A DNA stretch of 64,000 nt from Pseudomonadota bacterium (GCA_021325135.1 JAJPHT010000015.1:181320-245319), one strand, 5' to 3'; positions 46,419-55,245 are shown, numbered from the stretch's first letter. The notes: generated by a model from the letters alone, not told the origin. A program made the numbers and translations.

Positions 46419-47366
46419 TCACCCTCTCATGTCCAGCGCCTTCCGGACCTCCCCCGCGATCGCAAGGGAAAGGGGCGGCGGCACGCTCTCGCCGATCATG
46501 TTCATCTGCTCGTTCTTGGAGCCGTGGAACACGAAGTCGTCGGGGTAGCCCATGAGGCGCGCGTGCTCGCGGGCCGTGAGGAGGCGGTCCTCCACGGGGT
46601 GGATGAAGCGGCCCAGCCCCTTCACGGTGGGCGCCAGCTCGTCGGCCTTGAGGCGCGTGAAGGCGCCGTGCATGCGGCCGTCCGCGGCCCGGTAGCGGTA
46701 GAGGCTGTCGCCCTCCTCCATCTCGCGCATGCGCTGGCCGCGCTTGCCTCGCATGGGGACCTCCTCGTGGTTGGGGATCTCCACGTCGAGGCTCTGGAGG
46801 TCCGCGATGGCCTCCTCCACCGTGACGCGGCGCGCGACCTTGGGTGGTGATATCACCACGTTGGAGATGAAGACGCGGTCGCGGTGGCTGGGCGTGCCGT
46901 GGTCCTCCGCCTGGAGGCGGTTGAAGTGGATGGAGGGGTAGCCCTGCCGCGCGAAGATGGTGCGAAGCTCGGCCTCCAGCGGGCCCTCCATGATGGGGGG
47001 CACATTCTCCATGACGAAGACGCGCGGCTGCAGCTCCTTCACGACTTTGGCGTACTGGAGCGTCAGGCTCCCCACGGGGTCGGTGTAGAGGCGGTCCAGG
47101 GGGTTGCGGCGGCGGTCGGCGTTGGCCACGGTGAACGCCTCGCAGGGCGGGCCGCCGATGAGCACGTCGGGCCGGCCCATCTTCGCGTACTCCTGCGTCC
47201 GGACGTCGCCCAGGTGCGGCTCGCCCACGGGCACGTTGGCGACGTAGGTCTCCAGCGACGTGCGGAACGACTCGACGGCGTGCCCAATGCGGAAGCCGCG
47301 CTCGGCGAAGCCGAACCCGAAGCCGCCGCAGCCGGCGAAGATGTCAACAACATTCGGCGCGTCCAT
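46419..47366 (-). CDS. Orphan DNA (cytosine-5)-methyltransferase
   Basis: Motif I DIFAGCGG, IV GGPPC, VI ENV, VIII RDRVF, IX/X REHARLMGYPD..GESVPP. Confidence 0.9.
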   Translation of the reverse strand: MDAPNVVDIFAGCGGFGFGFAERGFRIGHAVESFRTSLETYVANVPVGEPHLGDVRTQEYAKMGRPDVLIGGPPCEAFTVANADRRRNPLDRLYTDPVGSLTLQYAKVVKELQPRVFVMENVPPIMEGPLEAELRTIFARQGYPSIHFNRLQAEDHGTPSHRDRVFISNVVISPPKVARRVTVEEAIADLQSLDVEIPNHEEVPMRGKRGQRMREMEEGDSLYRYRAADGRMHGAFTRLKADELAPTVKGLGRFIHPVEDRLLTAREHARLMGYPDDFVFHGSKNEQMNMIGESVPPPLSLAIAGEVRKALDMRG

Positions 47367-47483
47367 CAGGACCACCCGAATGTTGTTGAGAGGCCGGGCT
47401 GGCGACCGAAGGGAGCCAGTGCGGCTGAATCCACGACCGTGGGCGCGTCCACGGGCGCGCGAGGAGGGTCTTCCTACAAAGCC

Positions 47484-47705
47484 CTACTTGGGCGGCAGGA
47501 GCGGGGGCAGGACGTAGAGGAAGAACCCCAGGAACGCCGCGCACACGCCGCCGAACGCGATGGTGCCCGCGGCCATCATGGCGAGCTTGGAGGAGCCCAG
47601 CCCCACGAGGGTCCCCACGAGGATCAGCGCGAGGCCCGCGACCAGGAGGCTCACGCCCCGCACCAGCGAGGCGGTGTTCTCGCGGACCTGGTCGAGGAAG
47701 CCCAC
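47484..47705 (-). CDS. Small two-TM membrane protein
   Basis: 73 aa, two hydrophobic helices, TTCAAAT upstream. Confidence 0.6.
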   Translation of the reverse strand: MGFLDQVRENTASLVRGVSLLVAGLALILVGTLVGLGSSKLAMMAAGTIAFGGVCAAFLGFFLYVLPPLLPPK

Positions 47706-47825
47706 GTCCAGGGCGACCGTTTGGGGCCATTTGAAGGCTGCGGACGCGACCTGCACGCGTCGCGACAAGGCGCTGAGGAGAAACGTTGATGGCGGCGCCT
47801 CGGGCTGTTGGCGCGGAGGCTTCCC

Positions 47826-48605
47826 ATGCTTCGCTGGACCCGGCACGCCGCCCTCTGTCTCCTGCTCGTCCTCCCCTCGGCCCTCGCCGGCACCGCCGTG
47901 AGCCCCGACGTCACCGACGCCGCGGGGGACGCGCCCGGCCCGCTGGACGTCACCAGCATGTGGATCACCAGCGACGCGGCCAGCGTCACGTTCCACCTCA
48001 AGGTCGCGAACCTCACCGGGCCCGACCCGCTCCTGGGCGGCGAGGGCGCGCGCTACTACTACCGCGTCGAGTTCCAGTCGTCCACGTCCGGGCGCGCCTG
48101 GTACGTCCAGGGGCAGATCTGCGCCCTCGACACCGCGAGCCGCGGCGTCGCCGTCGCGCCCCCGTCCCAGGTCTACGAGCGGCCCGTGACCGGCGTCGAC
48201 TCCTCCGACGGCGGCGTGAACGGCGTGGGCGCCTGCGCGGGCAGCACCGCCCTCGACGCGGAGAACCTCACCGGCGCGCCGGTCAGCTCCAGCGTCCAGA
48301 CGCCCAACTCCACCGCGGCCTCCATCGGCGTGGACCCCGCCGCGGGCATCGTCACGCTCCGCATGGAGCGCCAGGAGAACTACGTCCTCCTCACCGACAC
48401 GGGCAGCCCCACGCACCCGGGCGCCCTGGAGCCCAAGAGCACGGAGGTCGGCCTCGGCGCCGGCACGGTCCTGCGCCACGTCGTCGTGGAGACGTTCCTG
48501 GGCAAGGGCCCCCTGGTGGACCAGGGCCACACCGGCCCCCTCGACGGCGGCAGCAAGGACCTCGCCGACGTCGCGGGCCCCGGCCCCGACTTCCCGCTGG
48601 ACTGA
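47826..48605 (+). CDS. Secreted hypothetical protein
   Basis: Signal ending ALA; VTDAAGD..LDVTSMW..VTFHLKV pattern. Confidence 0.65.
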   Translation: MLRWTRHAALCLLLVLPSALAGTAVSPDVTDAAGDAPGPLDVTSMWITSDAASVTFHLKVANLTGPDPLLGGEGARYYYRVEFQSSTSGRAWYVQGQICALDTASRGVAVAPPSQVYERPVTGVDSSDGGVNGVGACAGSTALDAENLTGAPVSSSVQTPNSTAASIGVDPAAGIVTLRMERQENYVLLTDTGSPTHPGALEPKSTEVGLGAGTVLRHVVVETFLGKGPLVDQGHTGPLDGGSKDLADVAGPGPDFPLD

Positions 48606-48655
48606 GCCGCCCCCACCCCAAGCGTCTTGAAGGGGCCTCGCGTGTTGCGTCCACC

Positions 48656-49888
48656 ATGGGCGGGCCCCCTCCGCAGGAGCAGATCGACGCGACCCTGGAG
48701 TGGGTCACGTCGGTCTTCCGCGGCCACTACGCGGCGAACCCGCCCGAGCCGCCCGCGCGCTTCGGCCGCCGCGAGTTCGGCTTCCTCTGGAACGGCAAGA
48801 AGTTCTTCCTGCGCCACGTGGGCTTTCCCAGCCGCGAGGCCTTCCAGGAGTTCATGGCCCGCGACGGGCCGCACCACGCGTACTACAGCACGGCGTACTA
48901 CAAGACGCCCAGCGCCGCGACCATGAAGGAGAAGGAGTGGCTGGGCGCGGACCTCATCTTCGACCTGGACGCGGACCACCTGCCCGACGCCGACAAGATG
49001 AGCTACGAGGAGCAGCTCGCCGAGGTCAAGCGCCAGGCGCGCAAGCTCCTCCACGAGTTCCTCCTGGGCGACTTCGGCTTCGACCCCGAGCACGTGCGCA
49101 TCGTCTTCTCCGGCGGCAGGGGCTATCACTTCCACGTCACCGACCCGCGCGTGCTGCCGCTGGACTCCGCGGCGCGGCGCGAGATCGTGGACTACCTGAG
49201 CCCCAACGAGCAGGTCTCCTCCGCCCTCGTGGAGGGGTTCGTCAAGGAGAAGACCTGGAAGAAGGACGCCTTCGGCCCGCAGAAGGACCGCATCATCCCG
49301 CCCGCCAGCGCGCCGGGCTGGGACGGCATCATCACGCGCACCATCGTCGCGTTCCTGGGCGACGTCGCCGCGCTGCCCGAGGAGGAGGCCGTCGCGCGCC
49401 TGCGCCGGATCAACGGCATCGGCGAGAAGACCGCGGCCGAGATCCGCGCGCAGCTGACGCCCGAGCGCATCGCCCTCATCCGCGAGCACGGCCGCCTGGC
49501 GATCCCCGCCCTCGCGCAGAAGAAGGCGCTGGAGGGCCTGATCGAGATGGCCCGCGTCGCGGCCGAAGGCGAGACCGACGAGCCCGTCACGGCCGATATC
49601 AAACGCCTCATCCGCCTCCCCGGCTCGCTCCACGGCAAGACGGGGCTGCGCGTCACGGCGCTCACGCTGGAGGAGTTCGAGCGCTTCGACCCGTTGCGCG
49701 ACGCGGTGGCGCTGGGGGAGGAGCCCGTGCGCGTCGTGGTGAGCAAGCCGGTGGACGTGCCGCTCAAGGGGCGGCGCCTGCGGCTGGAGCCCGGCGAGCA
49801 GGAGGCGCCCCTCTACGCCGCGGCGTTCGCGGTGCTGCGACGCAGCGCGCTGCGGCCCTACGCGGGGCCCGTCGCCAGCGTCCCCTGA
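48656..49888 (+). CDS. priS: DNA primase catalytic (small) subunit
   Basis: RREFGF, LIFDLDAD, FSGGRGYH, DEPVTADIKRLIRLPGSLHGKTG; HhH-like insert. Confidence 0.94.
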   Translation: MGGPPPQEQIDATLEWVTSVFRGHYAANPPEPPARFGRREFGFLWNGKKFFLRHVGFPSREAFQEFMARDGPHHAYYSTAYYKTPSAATMKEKEWLGADLIFDLDADHLPDADKMSYEEQLAEVKRQARKLLHEFLLGDFGFDPEHVRIVFSGGRGYHFHVTDPRVLPLDSAARREIVDYLSPNEQVSSALVEGFVKEKTWKKDAFGPQKDRIIPPASAPGWDGIITRTIVAFLGDVAALPEEEAVARLRRINGIGEKTAAEIRAQLTPERIALIREHGRLAIPALAQKKALEGLIEMARVAAEGETDEPVTADIKRLIRLPGSLHGKTGLRVTALTLEEFERFDPLRDAVALGEEPVRVVVSKPVDVPLKGRRLRLEPGEQEAPLYAAAFAVLRRSALRPYAGPVASVP

Positions 49889-50631
49889 TCGGCCTTCGCC
49901 ACGGGGATCGTCTGCCCTTCGCGCAGCACGACGACCTCGCCGCCGAAGGCGCCCTTGGCCTCGGCGTGCGACTCCTCCGCGTTGCCGTAGAAGGGGACGT
50001 GCGAGAGGGCGAGCTTGCCCACGCCGGCCTCGCGCGCGAGGCGGCCCGCCGCGCCCGCGGTGAGGTTCGTCCGCGCGGCCTCGCCCTCGTCGCGGTCCAG
50101 CAGGAGCGTGTGGACGAGGAGCACGTCGGCGCCGCGGGCGAAGTCGGCGAACCAGGGGCGCGGGCCCGTGTCGGCGAGGTAGACCAGCGTGCCCGAGGGG
50201 CCCTCGATGCGCGCGCCCACCGCGGGGCAGCCGTGGCCCACGTTGCAGAACGTGAGGCGGAAGGGGCCGATCTCCACCTTGGACTTGCGCGTGAGGCCTT
50301 CGAGGCGCGCGTTCTGGATCCACGAGCGGTCCATGCTGTACGCGCGCAGCACGTCCTTGAGGCGCGCCTCGGCGCCGGTGGGGATGAGGAGCGGCGTGCC
50401 GGGGGCGAGGGAGAAGGCGACGGGGAGCAGGTCCGCGACGTTGTCCAGGTGGAAGTGGCTCACCAGCACGCCCGAGAGGGGCTTGCCTTCGAGCACCTGC
50501 GCGAGGCGGAGGTGCGTGCCGTTGCCGCAGTCCAGGAGGAGCCGCGCGTCGCCCTCGGAAAGCAGGTACGACGTGCCCGCGCCCAGGGGCACGAGGTAGC
50601 GGCTGCTGTTGCCCAGGACGCTCAGCTCCAC
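49858..50631 (-). CDS. Metallo-beta-lactamase fold protein (RNase Z-like)
   Basis: LLDCGNG, SHFHLDN, YLADT, LALSH. Confidence 0.85.
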   Translation of the reverse strand: MELSVLGNSSRYLVPLGAGTSYLLSEGDARLLLDCGNGTHLRLAQVLEGKPLSGVLVSHFHLDNVADLLPVAFSLAPGTPLLIPTGAEARLKDVLRAYSMDRSWIQNARLEGLTRKSKVEIGPFRLTFCNVGHGCPAVGARIEGPSGTLVYLADTGPRPWFADFARGADVLLVHTLLLDRDEGEAARTNLTAGAAGRLAREAGVGKLALSHVPFYGNAEESHAEAKGAFGGEVVVLREGQTIPVAKADQGTLATGPA

Positions 50632-50690
50632 CTCGTCCCCTTGCGTGCCCTCGGGCAAAGGCTTTTCGAGGACGGCCCGCTCGCCGGGGC

Positions 50691-51383
50691 ATGCCTTTCC
50701 TCCTGCGCGTCCGCGGCGGGCAGCCCCTCGCCGCCGGCAAGGTGGTCGCCGTCGCGAAGAACTACGAGGACCACCGCAAGGAGATGGCGGGCGCCATGGG
50801 CTCGGGAGCCGCGGGGGACCGCCGGCCGCCGGAGGACCCCGTGGTCTTCCTGAAGCCCTCCTCGTGCCTCGCGCACGACGGGGGCGAGGTCGTGATCCCT
50901 CACGGCGTCGCGAACGTCCACTGGGAGACGGAGCTTGCCGTCGTCGTGGGCCGCGAGATGCGCCGCGTGGACGAGGCGGAGGCGATGCGCCGCGTGCTGG
51001 GCTATGCCGTCTTCCTGGACATGACGGCGCGTGACCTCCAGGCGGATGCCAAGAAGGGTGGCATGCCCTGGACGCTCTCCAAGGGCATGGACACCTTCGG
51101 CCCCATCAGCGAGGTCGTGCCCGTCGCGCAGGCGCCCGCGTGGGACGCGATGGAGCTGGAGCTGCGCGTCAACGGCGAGGTGCGCCAGAAGGGCGCCACG
51201 CGCGACATGATCCACCCCGTGCCGCGGATCCTCAGCCACGTCTCGCGCTACATGACGCTGGAGCCCGGCGACGTCGTCGCCACCGGGACCCCCGCGGGCG
51301 TCGGCGCGTGCAAGCCCGGCGACGCGCTGGAGGCGAAGCTCCCCGGAATCGCGGCGCTCAACGTAAGGGTCGTCGCGGGTTGA
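50691..51383 (+). CDS. Fumarylacetoacetate hydrolase family protein
   Basis: KNYEDH, FLKP, HWETEL, DMTARDLQ, KGMDTF, TGTPAGVG. Confidence 0.92.
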   Translation: MPFLLRVRGGQPLAAGKVVAVAKNYEDHRKEMAGAMGSGAAGDRRPPEDPVVFLKPSSCLAHDGGEVVIPHGVANVHWETELAVVVGREMRRVDEAEAMRRVLGYAVFLDMTARDLQADAKKGGMPWTLSKGMDTFGPISEVVPVAQAPAWDAMELELRVNGEVRQKGATRDMIHPVPRILSHVSRYMTLEPGDVVATGTPAGVGACKPGDALEAKLPGIAALNVRVVAG

Positions 51384-51602
51384 CGTGGGACCGCAGCGGT
51401 GCGATCGAAGCCCTTATCCAAGGCCCCCGCCTCCTCGAACCGGATACGGAATCAGGGTGGCCCGGGACGTTTCCCGGTCACCGGGCGCGCCCGTGGTTTT
51501 GGGCCGCCCTTCCCCTCTCCTTCCAGCGGAAGCCAAGCGCGTTCTCCTGGCGTGCCTGGCGCGGAGAAGGGACCAAATAGGCGCGCCGGGGTTCGACCGC
51601 CC

Positions 51603-52382
51603 GTGGCGCCTGACGAGGACGAGTTCACGTACCCCGCCCTCGTGAACCGCTGGCGCCGCGAGCGCAGCACCACCGCGCTGGGCAAGATGGACAACGGCTT
51701 CTACGAGGCCTTCGACAACCACCTGCGCGCGCTTCGCGAGGACTACCAGAAGGAGCACGCCGCGAACCCGGCCACGCCCAAGGTCCTCATCCTCCAGGAC
51801 GAACTGACGAAGCTCCAGGGCGTGCGCGACGACCTCTACGACCTGCGCGAGCGGAAGATCGTCACCGCCGCCCTCATCGCCGCGCGGGGCGGCCACGCGG
51901 AGAAGACCAACATGACGCGGGAGGAGGAGCTTGTCTTCGACGAGCTTCTCCGCACCCTGCGCGACGCCCGCCGCAGCCTGCTGCGCCGCGGCCAGCCGCC
52001 CGCCGTCGAGCCCACGCGCCCCGCGCCCGCCGGGCCCCCGTCGCCCCCCGACCCCGCGCCCCCCGCGGCCAGCGCGCAGCCCGCCTCGCCGCTTGCCGAG
52101 CGCCCCTCGGAGCCGCCCGCCGAGGCGCCGCTGCCTGGCGCGCCCGCGGCGCCCACGCGCGACCCGGCCCCGGCGGCGGAGGCCGTCACCGCCAGCGAGC
52201 CCGAGGCGCCGCGCCGCATCGCTCCGCCGCGCATGCTCGTGCGCGTGAAGTCCGCCTTCGGCCCCTTCGTCGGGCCCGACCTGAGGAACTACCTCCTGGC
52301 GGCGGAGGACGTGGCGGCGCTCCCCAAGGAGGTCGCGCACGTGCTCATCCAGCGCGGCGTCGCGGTCGCTGTGGGTGGGTAG
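51603..52382 (+). CDS. GINS complex subunit (Gins51-like) with long Pro/Ala linker
   Basis: A domain FYE..RERKIV..NMTREEE; B domain VRV..FVGPDLRNY..LP..A..LIQRG. Confidence 0.8.
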   Translation: MAPDEDEFTYPALVNRWRRERSTTALGKMDNGFYEAFDNHLRALREDYQKEHAANPATPKVLILQDELTKLQGVRDDLYDLRERKIVTAALIAARGGHAEKTNMTREEELVFDELLRTLRDARRSLLRRGQPPAVEPTRPAPAGPPSPPDPAPPAASAQPASPLAERPSEPPAEAPLPGAPAAPTRDPAPAAEAVTASEPEAPRRIAPPRMLVRVKSAFGPFVGPDLRNYLLAAEDVAALPKEVAHVLIQRGVAVAVGG

Positions 52383-52406
52383 ACTGTTGGACCCTTGATC
52401 AGAGGA

Positions 52407-52796
52407 TCAAGGAGGAACGCCGAGGTCGTCGGGCTCGGTGAACTCGACCTTGAGGACGTCCTCGCCGTCCTCGTGGTAGGAGGCGCACGCCATGTTCTCG
52501 AAGAGGAGGAAGCCCATGTCGCCCAGGTCGTTCTCCTCGACGACGATGAAGAGCTTGGACTCGGAGATCTCGTACCAGACGCGCACGAAGAAGGCGTGCT
52601 CGTAGCTGGAGTCGAGCCAGATGATGTGCTCGGTCTCCTGGCCGTCCTCGATGGCCTCCTTGACGCTCTGCTCGGCGAAGCGTCGCACCGTGGCGATGGT
52701 CTTCCCGTCGTTGAGCGCGCGGAGGATCTCCCGCTTCAGGCGGGCCTCCTCCTCGAACTCGGGGTTCCAATCGACGGTCCACACCACGGATTCCAT
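52407..52796 (-). CDS. Acidic hypothetical protein
   Basis: 129-aa ORF with typical codon usage and GGAGTGAGG SD. Confidence 0.7.
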   Translation of the reverse strand: MESVVWTVDWNPEFEEEARLKREILRALNDGKTIATVRRFAEQSVKEAIEDGQETEHIIWLDSSYEHAFFVRVWYEISESKLFIVVEENDLGDMGFLLFENMACASYHEDGEDVLKVEFTEPDDLGVPP

Positions 52797-52976
52797 GGGG
52801 CCTCACTCCATCTGGGCGCTTGATGGGCTTGAAGCTTCCGTATGGGACGAGAGTGGTTTCCCTTGGAAGCGGCGCGGATTCCTGGGACAACAGGCGAAGG
52901 CTCGCGTTCAGGCGGCGCGCACGAGCGTCTCGCCAAGCGGCGTTCAGCCGCCTCCGCGGAGGCGGCTTCTCGCGAC

Positions 52977-53204
52977 TCAGCTGGAAACAGGCGCGAGCTG
53001 AGTCGCGACGATGCCGAAGAAGCGGAGGTGGTCCAGAAGCGCGCTCTTCGTCGTCTTGCGCTCGTCGTAGGCGACGGAGAGCGTGTCGCGCGCGAGGTCG
53101 ATCTCGGCGGCGAGCACGCCCTCGTGGGCCAGAAGGTCGTCCAGGACGACGGACTCGTCCGCTTCGCAACCGAGCGTGTCGACGTGGATCGCAAGGCGCT
53201 TCAT
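52977..53204 (-). CDS. Heavy-metal-associated (HMA/CopZ-like) domain protein with atypical metal motif
   Basis: TLGCEAD in place of GMxCxxC; EGV..AEIDL..SVAYD pattern. Confidence 0.7.
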   Translation of the reverse strand: MKRLAIHVDTLGCEADESVVLDDLLAHEGVLAAEIDLARDTLSVAYDERKTTKSALLDHLRFFGIVATQLAPVSS

Positions 53205-53313
53205 CGTGGCTTCGACAGAATACTCAGGAGTCGAAGACTTGAGCTTCGTGTCCGAATCTGGACACAAGTGCCCAGGCGAGTCCGATCCGGGGGCAGCGTG
53301 GGGTCCTGGCCCG

Positions 53314-53484
53314 TCAGCACGGCGTCCACGTGCATTGATAGCATCCGCAGCGCCAGCCGGTGAAGAGGTCCGGCGGCGCGGGCGCCTCTCCCATGGGGCC
53401 CCCGCACGACGGGCACGGCGCTCCGGCGCGCACCACCGCGGCGTGGGTGCAGGTGGCGCAGCGCGCGAAGGTGCGGGCGGGCAC
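53314..53484 (-). CDS. Small Cys-rich (8 Cys, CPxCG-type) protein
   Basis: 56 aa with CATC, CPSCG, CGCYQC..PC; GTG start. Confidence 0.5.
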   Translation of the reverse strand: MPARTFARCATCTHAAVVRAGAPCPSCGGPMGEAPAPPDLFTGWRCGCYQCTWTPC

Positions 53485-53531
53485 GAGGGAGGAATGGCGG
53501 GCCCAGGAGAAAAACGAATGCGTTTCGTCAT

Positions 53532-53637
53532 CCGGCGGCGCCGCCAAATGCGGGGGGTTTGGGGGCGCAGCCCCCTGACGTGAAGGAACGTCGAGCAGAC
53601 AACGAGACGTCAGGGGGGCGAGCCCCCCGAACCCCCC
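53532..53637. repeat. Palindromic REP/MITE-like element, copy 3
   Basis: Same arms as copy 1, core inverted; abuts the purH stop. Confidence 0.85.
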
Positions 53638-55182
53638 TCAGTGGCGAAAGCTTCGTTGGCCAGTGAACACCATGGCGATCCCGTGCTCGTCCGCGGCCTG
53701 GATGACCTCCGCGTCGCGGATGGAGCCGCCGGGGTGCACGATGGCGGCGACGCCCGCCTCGGCGGCCTCGTCCACGCCGTCGCGGAAGGGGAAGAACGCG
53801 TCGCTGGCCATGACGGAGCCGCGCAGCGCCGTGCCGCCCTTGAGGACCGCGATGCGCGTGGCGTCGACGCGGGCGGTCTGGCCGCCGCCGATGGCGACGG
53901 TCCGCTCGTCCTTGACGAAGCACACGCTGTTGCTGCGGATGTGGCGCACGGCCTTGAACGCGAAGAGCATGTCGCGCATCTGCGCCTCGGTGGGCTGGAC
54001 GCGGGAGACGACCTTCCACTTGGCGACGTCGGGCTCCAGGATGTCGCGGTCCTGGACCACGAGGCCGCCCACGACGCTCTTGATCATGAGGCCGCCGTAG
54101 TGGCCGTGCGTCGCGAGGCCCGGCACCTCCAGCAGGCGCAGGTTCTTCTTGGCCTGGAGGACCGCGAGCGCCTCCGCGCCGAAGGAGGGCGCGATGATCA
54201 GCTCCAGGAAGAGCTTGCCCATCTCCTCGGCGGTGGCGCGGTCCACCTCGCGGTTCAGCGCGATGACGCCGCCGAAGGGCGAGTACGTGTCGCACGCGTA
54301 GGCCGCCTGGTACGCCCCGAGGGGCGAATCCGCGCTGGCGATGCCGCTGGGCGTCGCGTGCTTGATGATGACGCACGAGGGGCGCGCGAACTCCTTGACC
54401 GCCTCGATGGCGGTGTCCGCGTCCACGATGTTGTTGTACGAGAGCTCCTTGCCGTGGATCTGCCGCGCGTTCACGACGCTGGGCTCGCCGGTGGGCTTGC
54501 CCTTGTAGAACGCCGCGCGCTGGTGCGAGTTCTCGCCGTAGCGGAGGTCCTGCGCCTTCTCGTAGGAGAGGCTGAGGTAGCGGGGGAAGTCCTCGTCGAG
54601 CACCTTGCTGCGGAAGTACTGGTTGATGATGGCGTCGTAGCGCGCCGTGTGCGCGAACGCGTCGGCCGCGAGGCGCTCCCGCGTCGCGAGCGTCGCGTGC
54701 CCGTGGGCCTCGATCTCCGACGCGACGAGGTCGTACTGCCCGGGGCTCGTGACGACGGCCACGTCGTGGTAGTTCTTCGCCGCGCTGCGGATGAGCGTGG
54801 GCCCGCCGATGTCGATGTTCTCCAGCACCTCGGCCAGGGGCGCGCCCGCGGCCACGGTCTGCTCGAAGGGGTAGAGGTTGACGACGACGAGGTCGATGAG
54901 GGGGATGTCGTGCTTCGCGGCGGACTCCAGGTCCTTGGGGTTCTGCCGCCGCGCGAGCACGCCGCCCGTGATGCGCGGGTGCATGGTCTTCACGCGCCCG
55001 TCCATCATCTCCGGGAAGCCCGTGACCTCGCTCACGTCCTTGACCGCGAGGCCCGAGTCGCGCAGCAGCTTCGCCGTGCCGCCCGTGGAGAGGATCTGGC
55101 CGCCCGCCTTGGCGATGCGGCGCGCGAAGTCCGGAAGGCCGGACTTGTCGGACACCGAGAAGAGCGCGTGGAACGTCCGCAA
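53638..55182 (-). CDS. purH: Bifunctional AICAR transformylase/IMP cyclohydrolase
   Basis: SVSDK, STGGT, GRVKTMHP, IDIGGPT, LRYGEN, ASDAFFPF, PGGSIRD, FRH. Confidence 0.96.
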   Translation of the reverse strand: MRTFHALFSVSDKSGLPDFARRIAKAGGQILSTGGTAKLLRDSGLAVKDVSEVTGFPEMMDGRVKTMHPRITGGVLARRQNPKDLESAAKHDIPLIDLVVVNLYPFEQTVAAGAPLAEVLENIDIGGPTLIRSAAKNYHDVAVVTSPGQYDLVASEIEAHGHATLATRERLAADAFAHTARYDAIINQYFRSKVLDEDFPRYLSLSYEKAQDLRYGENSHQRAAFYKGKPTGEPSVVNARQIHGKELSYNNIVDADTAIEAVKEFARPSCVIIKHATPSGIASADSPLGAYQAAYACDTYSPFGGVIALNREVDRATAEEMGKLFLELIIAPSFGAEALAVLQAKKNLRLLEVPGLATHGHYGGLMIKSVVGGLVVQDRDILEPDVAKWKVVSRVQPTEAQMRDMLFAFKAVRHIRSNSVCFVKDERTVAIGGGQTARVDATRIAVLKGGTALRGSVMASDAFFPFRDGVDEAAEAGVAAIVHPGGSIRDAEVIQAADEHGIAMVFTGQRSFRH

Positions 55183-55245
55183 CGTCGCTTACCCAGCGGA
55201 GATTGCGGACCCCTACAAAAGCCTAGGGGTGGCGTCGCGCCCGGC

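Noticed and set aside
49858-50631. HxHxDN variant suggesting an inactive MBL protein
   Set aside because: One substitution is not enough to infer function without an alignment.
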